NCBI GenBank assembly: GCA_026770705.1
Contig: JANJGN010000005.1
Location: forward strand, 16,120,001 to 16,184,000
Length of the DNA stretch: 64,000 bases
Reading direction: 5' to 3'
DNA from: Isurus oxyrinchus
Taxonomy: Eukaryota
Part shown: positions 36,531 to 48,392 of the stretch, one piece after another
Layout: each line of letters opens with the position of its first letter
Position numbering within the stretch: position 1 is the stretch's first letter
Program-made: the position numbers and the translations under genes
The notes under the pieces: model-generated
Seen by the model: only the letters and a program-made list of their open reading frames with translations
Told to the model about the DNA's origin: nothing
The model's database searches: none

Positions 36531-39074
36531 TACACTGCACCTACAACATCTACAAAGGAAAATTGCTGTGCACCCAAACTAGAATGGTGAAAATTCAGCT
36601 GAAATCCCAGAATCACGGCCTGACCTGACTCTGGAGTGAGTGACCTCCACGTTACTTCAATTGGGACAAGTGGTTATGGATTTACATCACAATAATTTAG
36701 TGCTGGTTTGTAGTAAAAATTATGAGCAAAGCTTTCAACTTGAGCAGGGAATGTAAACCGGCATGAGCAGTTTGAGCACATGTTACAGGCTGTGCCAGAT
36801 TTTTGTTTACCAATGACATCAATGCAAAGGTAAATGAGGCGGGGTACTTCCACCAGTTTCTTGGTCCTGATGAAGTTGGAAGCTTTTTGCTATGAGTTCA
36901 ATAGAAAGTAAATGGTGGCATTAAACATGAGAACAGAAATCTGAAGTCTTTGGTAATTACAAGGAATGATCAGTAGTCATAAGTATTGTCAAGTCAGGCT
37001 GGATTACTAGGAATAGGTTTGGCATTTTTTGCAGGGCCACCAAAGGCTTTGTTGAGGTCACATTTGGTGATGGAGTCAGAGCAGAAGAAAGATTGATGCA
37101 CAAGTTCAAATCGTTGGCACGATGTGTGCTTCCCGTAAAAGCAATGCATGGACAATTGCTATACTTGTTAATGTTATGCATCCCATTAAGCTTGCTAATG
37201 TTTCATGTTTTCATCACCTACTTGAATTTTTAAAACTTTGAAAAACATCAATCTGGTTCTGACTGACAGTGTATGAACTTGAGTCAGTTGGCATTTTAAA
37301 ATTTATATTGGAAAAGTCTTCAGAGACCATACCTTGTATCTGACTATGAATCTATAGCCGAGACATACATAGCTAATGCACATCTTAAGATGGCGTTAAA
37401 AGTTGCTAAATGAACTGTAAATGATGTTTCTCTCTCTTTTCAGAATCCAAACATGCCACCAGGCCATAAGTGGGCAAATATATTTATTTTGTGTTTTGAG
37501 AATTATTTTGTCATGTATTAAAATGAACACAGGAATATTTGCATTGCATTCAATCGTGTTAAAAAGAAGTTAGTTGTATTTACAGCTTTTTATTTGACTG
37601 TAATACTTTGTGCTGCTGAGAGTATTTCTTTTCAAGCTGATGACCTTACACACGTCTCAAGTGCAGAGACAGGCTCTATTTAGCTTCCTGAATTATGATG
37701 AAAATGGCAAAGCAGCGATGTGAGTCGTGGCACAAAGGGAGTGTTTAATCATTTATACCACCCCTGAGCTTAGAAATATTATGTTGTGCAAGCTGTGACA
37801 GCCCACTCTATCTGTTTACTCAAGTGGGAGAAGTAGTCGAACTGTTTGGTCCACGGGGAGACTAAGTGATTGAACAAGAATGCAAGAATGTTTTAATAAG
37901 GGGGAACTATCAGAGTGCCGAAAAAGCGATCATCTCTGTGCCTCCAGGCAACACAAGGGATGCAGACCTTATGTGTTTGTGCCTTTTGATGAATGAAGAC
38001 AGTTTTCTTTTAAGGAAAATAAACTCTTCATTTTGTTAAATTCATGAAGCATCGCATAGTTGATGACATACTTAAGTTTGTATATAATTTGGCATAGTGA
38101 GGTGCAGGAAAGCATGTGTAAAATTCTGCAACATTCTTGCCTTTCCCTGCAGTTTGGAGAGGTAGAGAAAAGTAAAAATGCAAGATCTACAGTGAAAGGT
38201 GTTTCTCGCTTTGGACATCATTGGTAAATTGAAAGCATCATGTAGGTGATCTTTGAATTACCAACAGTTTGAAATTCTCATGCAGAAGATTGGTGAGGAT
38301 GCTCAGAAATGTAATACGCCATCAAAGGATTTAGATCTTTCAAACTTGTTAGAATTTGTCTTTTGAGATGATGAAGATTTATGTTTAACTTGCGATTTCT
38401 TTAACCATAACTTCCATTGTCTGGCAATTAAGTAGAAGATACAACAGATGTACTAGTGCAATGTTACATTGATAATTAACTTCAAACCGTACATAAATAT
38501 ACTATTCCTGTTTGGCTTAAAGAGCCATTTAACACAACAGCAACTTGCCTTTATGTTGCACCTTTACTATAGTTAGAAAGTCCAAAGGCATTTCATGGGA
38601 GCGTTATCAGATTAAATTTGACACTGAGCCACATAAGGATATATTAGGACATGACCAAAAACTTGGTTGAAAAGTTAGATCCTAAAGCTGGACAAAGGTC
38701 AAGAGGGAATTCCAAAATTTAGGACCTAGGTAGTTAAAGGTTCAGTTGCCAATGGATGAATGAAGAAAATTGGGAATATGCACGAGGCCAGAGTTGAAAG
38801 AGTCCTGACATATTTGTGGGTTGTGGGGATAAGAATTTAAAGTGGAGAAAATTAAGTAAGTTATCAGGCTGTTACACTGTCAGTGCAAGTGGTAAATAAT
38901 TTTAGCAATTGTTTTAAGCCTAGTTGCTTATTAAGACACTTCAGAGTACATTAACAAGAAGGCACATGTGAGCGAGACAGGCTCGACATGGTATGGAGTG
39001 GAAGACTTGCTTCTCTGAATGACAGAAATAAATTAGATTTTTTTTTAGACAATTCAGGTTTGACAATCATTTAA

Positions 39075-39735
39075 CATCTTACCATGATCCTGGCTTAGGC
39101 TGACAATTAGAGGGTAGCATTTGCACCACACAAGTGCCAGATAATAATCATCTTCAACAGGAAACATCTTCTTGTGATCTGCAGTGTCACCACCATCAGG
39201 AATCTGCCTAACTGCCAACGCTTTGGGATTCACCATTGTCCAGAAACTTAACAGTTCCAGTGTATTTAGGACATGGCTACAACAGGAGAGGAGAGATCGG
39301 GTAATCTGCAACAAATGGTTGGTTCAAATTCCGATTCCTAAAGCTTCTGTCATCTACAAAGTTCAAGTCAGGAATGTGATTGGAATACTTGGCATTTTCC
39401 TGGACGGCTGCAGCTGCAGCAACACTCAGAAGCTCAACATAATCAAGGACAAAGCAATCTATCTACTGAATTGACACTTATGCAACTGGGTTCAATATTC
39501 ATTCCTCCACCACTGAACTGTGTACAATCTGCAAGATGCACTGTCTTAATTTGCCAAGTTCACATCAACAGCCATATCTAATGCAATTAAGAACAAAAAC
39601 AGTAAGATCATGGAATAGTATCACTTCCCAAGTTTTTCTCCATCCTCACTTGGAACCCCTCCCTCCCATTTCCTCCTTTCATGCCAAGTCAGAATTCTGA
39701 GATTCCCTAACGCCACCATGGGAGCTCTATCACCA
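39075..39735 (+). mobile_element. Older LINE family B fragment
   Basis: cacaagtgccag, IYKVQVRNVI, KLNIIKDKA motifs, homologous to 11500-12000. Confidence 0.6.
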
Positions 39736-40754
39736 CAGACGTTGAAGGAATGAATGGCAAGTTAATATCTTTCTTGTGGTTGACGGATGATTGTCGACAA
39801 GGACCACTTCTATTCCTCTTCAAATAGTGTCAGGCACTTTTTTACATTCCCACCCACAATGTGACACTCCCTCCATGTTTCACTGAGTTGTTGGCCTCGA
39901 TTATGCTCAAGTCTAGAGTCGAGCCTGCACTCAGAACCTGTCTGCTTGGGCACAATGACCAACGATGCAACAGAACACTAGTTTCACCAACTAACGCATT
40001 GCCTCATAAAAAAAAAAAGACCTTGTGTTAGTATATTATGCCAGAATTGCCAATTGCCCTTGTGATTTGGTTGCTGTGCTGGCAGTCGAGAGCAACTCCA
40101 ATGCGATGGGGATATTGGAGAAGCTGAAAAGGAAATTGGGACTAAAACCTGGGCAAGCATTTTAAGTTTTTCCATATGTTCATTTTTACATAATAGTATT
40201 GCTGTGGTTCTGCTTTTGAGGAGTTATTTGCTGTTGGAAAGTTTGAATGAAGAAAATCGATGACAGTATTCATATGGTACACATTGCAACTGTCAAATAT
40301 AGTTCTTTTTTAAAAAAAACACTCTAGCTCTCTCTCCTCCTTTTAAGACTCTCCTTACAACCTACCTCTTTGACCATGCTTTTGGCCACCTGCCCAAATA
40401 TCTCGTTCTGCAGCTCAGTGTGAGATTTTATTTGATAGCCACTCCTGTGAAGCGGCTTGAGTAGGATATACTACACAGAAACAGGCCATTCGGTCCAACT
40501 AGCCCATGCTGGTGTTTAGGCTCTTTTCTCATCTTAGGTTGGGTGATTAACTGCGTTAAAGGTGCCATATAAGTGTATGCTACTTAATAATATATTTTTA
40601 CAAAGTGAAATGATTTTAAAAAAAAATATTTTCATGCATGTTTATACTGAGAGCCACCAGTTTGAAACTTGTGATTTTTAAGACTAGCCAGCAAACGATT
40701 AATCACATTAATCTTAGATAAGTAATCAAACTTGAGTTTATTCCTTTGGCACTG

Positions 40755-40995
40755 TAAGATTAACTCTTGTCACTTAATCTCTCCTGTCTTTCACTCTTTC
40801 ACAGACCTTTTTGCCCCTTTTCCCACCCACCCCTTGCTCAAACCCTATTGCATTTCTAACTTTTGCCAGTTCTGGTGAAGGGTCATCCACCTGAAATATT
40901 AATTCAGATTCTCTCAGCACAGGTTCTGAGCATTTCCAGCTTTTTCTATTTTTATTTCAGATTTCCAGCATCTGCAGTATTCTACTTTTTGTTTT
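40755..40995 (+). mobile_element. Penelope-like 3' end with dead hammerhead motif
   Basis: agttctggtgaagggtcatccacctgaaatattaatt..gcatttccagc..tcagatttccagcatctgcagtatt. Confidence 0.65.
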
Positions 40996-41680
40996 ATATA
41001 TGAATCATGCCTTGCTTCACATACAATTCTGCGATGTAGAAAGGGCACATGTGCTTATGAACACAGTGTTCTCCTAGCCAGTGCATTTTTGCTTTTGAAA
41101 CTACAGATGTGGGTATCTATACTCAAAATATTTCACATCAAATCTGGGTAAGTTTAAAAAAAAATAAAGCTGGTTGTTGCTTTTGCTGGAGCTGTATGCC
41201 ATGTGGTGCCAAACTGAAGGAGTGAGAGGCAATAAAAACAATGGCCAGAATTTCGAGCGCATGGCAGTCCTGACGGTTAGTGAAATGGGGCGCGATAACA
41301 TCGGGATTGCACCACCTCGCAATATTTCCGACTTCCACGTGCACCCACCGACAATTAACAGGCCCAATTGAGATAATTTAAAGGGCAATTGACTGCAATT
41401 TTACGCGGCCCGTGCACTTCTACACTCTGCACAGGCCACTCGACCAGGTGGCCTTCACATTTCTCATGGATTCAACATCCAGGGCAGGGTAAAAGGCCCA
41501 CAGACCAGTGCAAAGGTGAGTAGTTAGGAGTTTGGCTGTGAGTGGTTTGGAGCTGGTTTACAGATAGTTTCTAGCATTTTTGCATTGTTCAGGAGTACTC
41601 ACTGAATTCTTATCATTTGCAAAGGCCTTCTGCCAATGAGCCCCTTCAGTGCAGAAACCTGTGGAAACATCAGCACAAAA

Positions 41681-42883
41681 ATGGGGATTGATTGCTCTGC
41701 TGGAGGGACCTCCTCAGAAGAGGAGGAGGAGAATTCAGAGAGAGGAGGCTAGTTGCCCCAAGGCAGCGTCCCAGAGTGAGACCCGTAGATCGAGAGGCAC
41801 AGTCAGAAGGGCTGCAGGGCCTGCAGGAAGTACAAGGCAGAATGGTGTGGAGAAGGTGCCATTATCCAGCAGTCAGAGTCTACAGGTAGCACTCCTGCTA
41901 CCTGGACATTTTTGATGTTCAGTGCCGAAGAAGGCTCCACCTCACCAGGGAGACTGTCACCTCCAATTGTGAATAATCCAAAGATCGCCTCCAACTGTGT
42001 CGGAGGTCAGTGGCTCTTAAGGTTACAGTGACCTTGAACTTTTACACCTCAGGTTCTTTCCAGGGGTCAGTGGGGGAATCTATGTGGTGTCACCCAATCA
42101 GCTGTCATAGCTGTATCAAGCAGATCACTGACATTCTGTTCCGAAGGATCAGTACCTTCATTCATTTCCAGACCAATGAAGCCAGCCAGGCTGAGTGAAC
42201 CAGAGCCTTCGCTGCAATAGCAGGATTTTCCCGCAGCCAGGGAGCCATTGACTGTACACGTGTGCCCATAAAGGCGCCAGTGCGGGGGCTAGATTCCTTC
42301 ATCAATAGAAGGGGCTTTCACTCCCTTAACATACAGATTGTATGTGACCACAAGAGTCAGATATTGCAGGTCTGTGCTAGGTACCCTAGAAGCTATTATG
42401 ATGCCTGCATCCTCCGTCACTCCCAGGTGCCAAGGCTCTTGGTTGCTCCAGCTTGCTTGGATGTTTGACTCCTGGTGGACAAAGGCTACCCACTGAAAAG
42501 GTGGCTCATGACTCCACTGAGACACCTGAGGACAGAAGCAGAGAGCAATAATCGAAGGCATGCCTCCAGAAGGGCAGTAATTGAGAGCATCATAGGCCTA
42601 TTAAAGATGAGATTCCGCTGCCTGTACCAGTCGGGGATCACTTCAACACCCTCCATATCACGTTTACCTTGTAGTTGTTTGCTGTGCACTGCACAATCTG
42701 GCTCTGTCAAGAGGGGAACCATTGGAGGATGAAGACAGCGATGCTGCTGCACAGGCCGCAGAGAATGACTCAACTGCTGGGTCTGAAGAGGAGCTGGAGG
42801 AGCCCCAGGGTGAGGAGCTGGATCCTGATTTGAGGATCTTTATGGGAGTCAGGGAGGCCTTGATTCAGAGGGCTTTCAGCTAG
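41681..42883 (+). pseudogene. HARBI1-like DDE transposase pseudogene
   Basis: ALKVTVTLNFYTSGSFQ, GAIDCT, FINRRGFHSLNIQIVCD, ARYPRSYYDACIL, DKGYPLKRWLMTP, VIESIIGLLKMRFRCL, REALIQRAFS*. Several stops and frameshifts. Confidence 0.9.
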
Positions 42884-43129
42884 ACATCCAAAGCAAGGAA
42901 TCAAGGTGATGGCAAGGGGTACTCCACCTTACTGATCTTTCCTGCTGAGACAATCCGGTCACCCATAGGTCAAGATCAGACCTCTGAAATAAACTTTGCA
43001 GCCCTTCCTGTGTGTCACACGCTACTCCCAGGCCTCCTGCCTATCAAATGCATGAAGCATACTAAGGCAGTTGCACATAATGAGACATTTTTATAATGAA
43101 GGCAAATGTACAAATGAACCAGTACACAT

Positions 43130-44880
43130 GTGCCCAAGAGAGATTGATCACATTAGGGGTTGTCACGGGTGATTTAAGTGAGTTAAACTTCTGTTTGGGT
43201 TGCTACATCTTGTGGTCCCTCCCACCCTCCTCAGCCCCCAACCCTCACCTCACTGGCAGCTGGATTGGAGGCAGCCTGTTGACCCTGATGTCCTGTTGGC
43301 CTTGATGACCTTGGCAACTGTTCTCTGGTCGCCTGTGCAGGCCCCTGCCTGGGCAGGAAAGTCTAACGCCATAGTTGGGCACTCCTCAGTCATTGCAGTC
43401 TCATCAGATGTGATGGTGACTGGCAGAGGGGTGGAGGAGCTGCAGCCACCATCCAGACTGCCCTGAGAGGAGCTTGCAGATAGAGCTGCAGTTCGTCTGC
43501 CAGCATGAGGTTGGTGTGAACACCCCTGCTCACCACAGATAGATGGACAGCTAACAGAGTTACTCGGTGCCTTATTCATCTCTTACACTGGCAGTGACCT
43601 GCTGAGATCACTGCCAGTGTGTGGGCTTGCAGGCCTGAACGCAATCCCAGAAACCCCTGATTGAGTTCCTCTTTCTATGGAGGAGGCTGTGCATTCTGAG
43701 AGCTGGGTCATTGCAGTGCTCACACTCCTCATGGGCTCTTCTATGACAGACACCATGGCATACAGACCCTCAGGGATGTCGGCCAAATCTTCCCACACAT
43801 CCTGCTGGACATCTAGCATTTGCCCTCAGATGGACGACACCAGAGGTTCTTCATCTGCGTGGGACTCAGCATCGTCCTGGTTTCCAGCAATCCTCCAACT
43901 GCTGGCACCCACTGGACTCTCTGCCTCCACCAGCTCCTCAGGTGATTGTGATGTGCCTTCACCACTGTGCACTACCATCAGATCCGAGACGTTTATGCCC
44001 ACCGACGTGCCTGTAACTGCGCTGATGCATGGTGCAGAGGGAGAATGTGACGTGGGTGCATTTGGCAGCTGTTGCTCCTCAGAGGCCAAGGAGTTGGTGG
44101 GGGGGGGTGGGGGGGGGGGGTGGTGTGAGTCCTGAGGGACTCTTTTGGGGTCATGATGATGAGCCATCTGAGGGAGGAAGCAAAAATATCAGCATCAATC
44201 ATCATTATGAAGTCTGAGTGCACTCAGTGCGGTTTCTCATTGGAATGGAGATCTGGCTGAGCAAATACTTCTGACTGGCAAGCAACAGGAATAACTGCAT
44301 TTCGCATGTCGGTCTATCAACCACAGCCTCACATCTCTGACACCCAACACCAACCTTGTCCCTTTCCATTGGACTCTTGCTCTCATCCAACAGCCCTGGC
44401 TCTCTGTGACTTGTGGACCTGACTCCACACTCGGAAGCCATTTCCAAAGCCTGCTGCTCCGCATGACTGGAGATCAGGTTTGGTATCCTCACTGCACTGA
44501 ATTGTGACTCCTCTTCTCCTGTAAGAGAAAGAAGACTTCTATTAGCACCCCCCCCCACTCCCCACCTTCAACATGCCACCATACTACAGCCTCCCCAGCC
44601 CCAAAGATGTAGGAACAGTTGCCCGTCACATTGTCGCACATCAACCTGACCTACATGCCAGCCATGGTCTATCAAAGCACATGATGTGCCACATTTCACT
44701 CTGCATTTCACACTCCTGAGCACCAATATGTGCTTCCACCCACAAAGACACCAACCCAAGGTTCCAACTGGAGTCAGCCCTCACCCTGCCAGAGCGTAGA
44801 AGGTCATAAAACAGTGGGAGCAGACAGGATCCGGTCATTCCCGTCACGCCTGGCATGGGAGCCGGATATTGCTGCCATCT
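43130..44880 (-). pseudogene. Harbinger Myb/SANT partner gene remnant
   Basis: Minus-strand acceptor ctcttacag|EKRSHN.., AEQQALEMA, and a Ser/Pro-rich plus coiled-coil C-terminal region paralleling the 17990 gene. The N-terminal domain is largely lost. Confidence 0.55.
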
Positions 44881-45379
44881 TGCACACTGGAGTAACATTT
44901 CAAATCTGTAACGGAGACCAGAAAAATTCCCACTGCAAAGCAGCTCTGTGAGGCGTTAAACGCAGACTTGCAGCCTCCAGGGAGCTGTATTTAAATCCCC
45001 CGCCTACACAATTCCTGTTCCTGGTGCCTGCCCCGAGTGTGTTTCACACTGGTTGGCAGTTAATGTCACAAGCACAGTTCAGTGTTAAATAGCATGAGAA
45101 GGTTGCGCACAGTGTGGCCAAAGAGACAGGTATAACAGGGGGCTAGGGAGTTTGTGGCAGGGACGGAAGATAAATGGCTTCAATGTTCCTAATGTTTAAT
45201 TGGACTGCTTCCTTAACAGAGTCTTAGGCTTCTCCCTGCTGGAATCACATTTTGATAGAAGCCCAGAGTTATATTGCAACTTTAGCATCTTCACAAAATA
45301 GAATACAAGCTATGTACGTACTTTATATTTTGTACCATATTTTATAAGATAGTTCAATTTTCTAAGATAATTCAATACT

Positions 45380-46690
45380 ACATAGACTCATGACTAAGGT
45401 CAGAACAAGTGGAATCAATGGATAATGAGCAGAATGGATAGCAAGCTGTCTACTAAACAGAGAACAAAGACCAGGGGTAAAGGCAAATAAGTTGGGAAAT
45501 GATGTTCCACAAGGATTGGTGCAAGGACCACTTGATCGCTATTTACATAAATGATTTGGACTTGAATATTAAAAGTACAGTTTCAAATTTTGCAAATGAT
45601 GCCAAATGGGGAGGAGATATAGACATTAATAAAATTGCCGAATGGGCATGCAGTTGGCAAACCAACTTCAGTATAGATGAGCGTGAAATGGGGTGTTTTG
45701 GTACGAGGAATAAAGCTACGTAGTCCTTGAAAAATAAGCTTCTAAATAGGGTAGACAATCAGAGGGATCTGTGGATACAGATACACAAATCACTCAATAG
45801 ATCGACACAGGTCATTAAGGCATCTAGAAACAAAGCATTTCTCAAGAGATAGAATTAAAATGTGGAAGTTTTGTTAAAATTGTTCAGATCTTTGGTTGGA
45901 CCACATCAGGAGTACTTTGAACAGTTTGTGTATGCATGTTATGTCAAGAATACACAGGTACTGGAGAATGCGGAAACAGATTTATCCGAATCATACCAGT
46001 ACCTATAAGTTGTACTTAGCAGGAAAGGTTGAACAGACTGATGCTCTTTTCTGTAGGAAAAAGAAGATTGAGGGTGATTTGATAAAGGCCTTTAAGGTTA
46101 TGAAGGGATTTGAAAGGGTATATATAGAGAGGATATTTCCACTTGTGGGGAGGCCACAACTAGGGGCCATAAATATAAGATAGTTGCTTATTTAAATCCA
46201 ACGTTGAAATCAGGAGAACCTTCTTTACCCAGAGAATGGTTAGAATGTGGAACTTACTGCCACTTGAGTAGTTGAGGCATTTAAGGGGAAGCTAGAAAAA
46301 CACATGAGGGAGAGAGGAATGGAAGGATTTGTTGATGGAGTTAGGGTGGGAATAGGCTCATATGGAGCATAAACACCAACATGGACCTGTTGAGTCTTAT
46401 GGTTCTGTTCTGTAAATCCTGAGTAATAATTGGCAAAAAATATAGGGGTAATTGAGAATTTTCTTTAATGCAGCGAGTTGCTGTGATCTAAAAGGGTGAT
46501 GGAAACAAGTTTAGGAGTAATATTCAAAAGGGAATCAGATGAATACTTAAAAAGGAGAAATTTCAAAGAAGAAAAAAGCAGGGCTATGGTGAAAGAGCAA
46601 GAAAGGGGAACTAATTGGCTGGCTCTTTCAAAGAGCTGGCACAAAAATCATGGGCCAAATGGCCACTTCCTGTGCTGTGTGATTCTATAT
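45380..46690 (+). mobile_element. Old CR1 RT/3' fragments
   Basis: IYINDLD..SNFANDAK, EGDLIKAFKVMKGF; two tails. Confidence 0.7.
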
Positions 46691-46929
46691 TCAATGTGTT
46701 AGTTAGTAAGAAAATGGCTTGTGCATTATATCCCTTAGGAAAGGCTGTACCATATATTGTAATTGCTATTACCTCTGACATTTACAGTGGCCTACAAATG
46801 CTCAATCGTACCAATCTTGGATCTCAAAATGATGTGAAGATGTGAATTGTTCCAGATTTTGTACATGATGGCTCAGTAAGTTAAGTAGCTTGCAACTTTA
46901 TTCAGAGTTGGGTCACGTGTCTAGGTCAG

Positions 46930-48390
46930 CAGCAATAATTTGCATTGATACAGCCCCTTTAACACAGAAAAATGTCTAAAGCTGTTTCACACAGGTGGAA
47001 TTAAGAAAATAGTACAAGGTGGCAATATTGGTAGGGGTGACCAAAATCCTTTTTAAAGATGGGGTTTTACAGAGGTGTTGAAAGGATGATAGAGAGGTGA
47101 TGAGACAGCAAGATCTAGGGTTATAATTCCAGGCAGCGGGTTCTAGACAGCTGAGGACACAGCTGTGGATAGTGGAGCAAAGGGAGGGGAGGATGCATAG
47201 GATGCCAGAGTTTGAAGGGCTGGACATTTGTGTCAGGGGTGCAGGGTGGGGTGGGAGGGCTTGTCTCCTTGACTTGGCTCGAGTGACTGCAAGGGTTGAG
47301 ATCATGAAGGGGCTTAAACACAAGAATAATATTTTAAAATGAGGACTTTAAGAGCTAAAATCCAAGTTGGAGCATGGGTGAAGGGAGTTGGCATTGGTAT
47401 GCAATTGTAAAATGGGAAAATGCATTTTGAAACTGGTAAAATATCCCAAGGCGCTCCACAGTTGCATTATCAAACACAATTTGGCGCCAAACTACATCAG
47501 GAAATGTTAGATTTTGACAAAAAGCTTGGTCAAAGGGTGGGCATTAAGGAGTATTTTAAAGGAGGAGAGAGAGACAGGAAGCTTTAAAGATGGAATTCCA
47601 GAGCTTTGGGCCTAGGCAGCTGAAGGCATGGCCACCAAAGGCGGAGTGATGAAAATCAGGGATGTGCAAGGGGCCGGAGATGTCGAAGATTTGTAGGGCT
47701 GGAGGAGGTTTATTAATAGTGAGAGGTGAGTCCCCTGGAAGGATACTAACACGAGGATAGGATTTTAAATCTGAGGCATTGTTATAACGGCAACCAGTGT
47801 ACATCAACAAACACAGGGTGACAGTTGAGAGGAATTAGTGTGAGTTAGGAAATGGGCAGCAGAGTTTTGGGATGAGCTGAAATTTGCAGAGGGTGGAAAC
47901 GGGGAGGTCAAACATCAGTGTGTTGGAATAGTCAGTCTAGAGCCAGCAAAGTCATGGTTGAGGGTTTCAGCAGCAAATTAGCTAAGGCAGAAGTTAGTCA
48001 CGATGTAATGGATATGGAAGAAGGCAGTCTTGGAAAAAGAGCTGATATGTGGTCTGAAGCTGCTCTCTGAGTCAAATATGACACCAAGGTTGAAAACTGT
48101 CTGTTAGAGAGGATATGGGATTTGCTCAACAAATTTGATGCTGATGTTGTGAACAGTCTGGCTCATGAGTGGAATGGAATCATTGACAGTCTTCCCAGTG
48201 TTTAATTGGATAAATTTGTGGCTCATTCAATACCAGATGGTCTACCAAGCTGCCTAACAACCGACTTGTTGCAGGAGTCAAGAGAGCTTCTGGAGAAGTA
48301 AAGATGGGTGTCATCAGTATGCAAAATAGAAGCTTGTCCTGTAGCTGCAGTGATAGCACTATGGGGCATCTTGTGGCTGGGCCATTTGCC
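46930..48390 (-). mobile_element. L2 LINE 3' fragments (and associated SINE tails)
   Basis: Minus ORFs with HHSAFGGHAFSCLGPKLWNS and LHTDDTHLYFS. Confidence 0.65.
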
Positions 48391-48392
48391 GG

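Larger units (their letters stand above)
41243..45070 (+). mobile_element. PIF/Harbinger autonomous-type element (transposase +, Myb gene -, convergent); right TIR not found
   Basis: Left end AAT|GGCCAGAATTT and a convergent two-gene layout typical of Harbinger. Right boundary is approximate. Confidence 0.8.
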
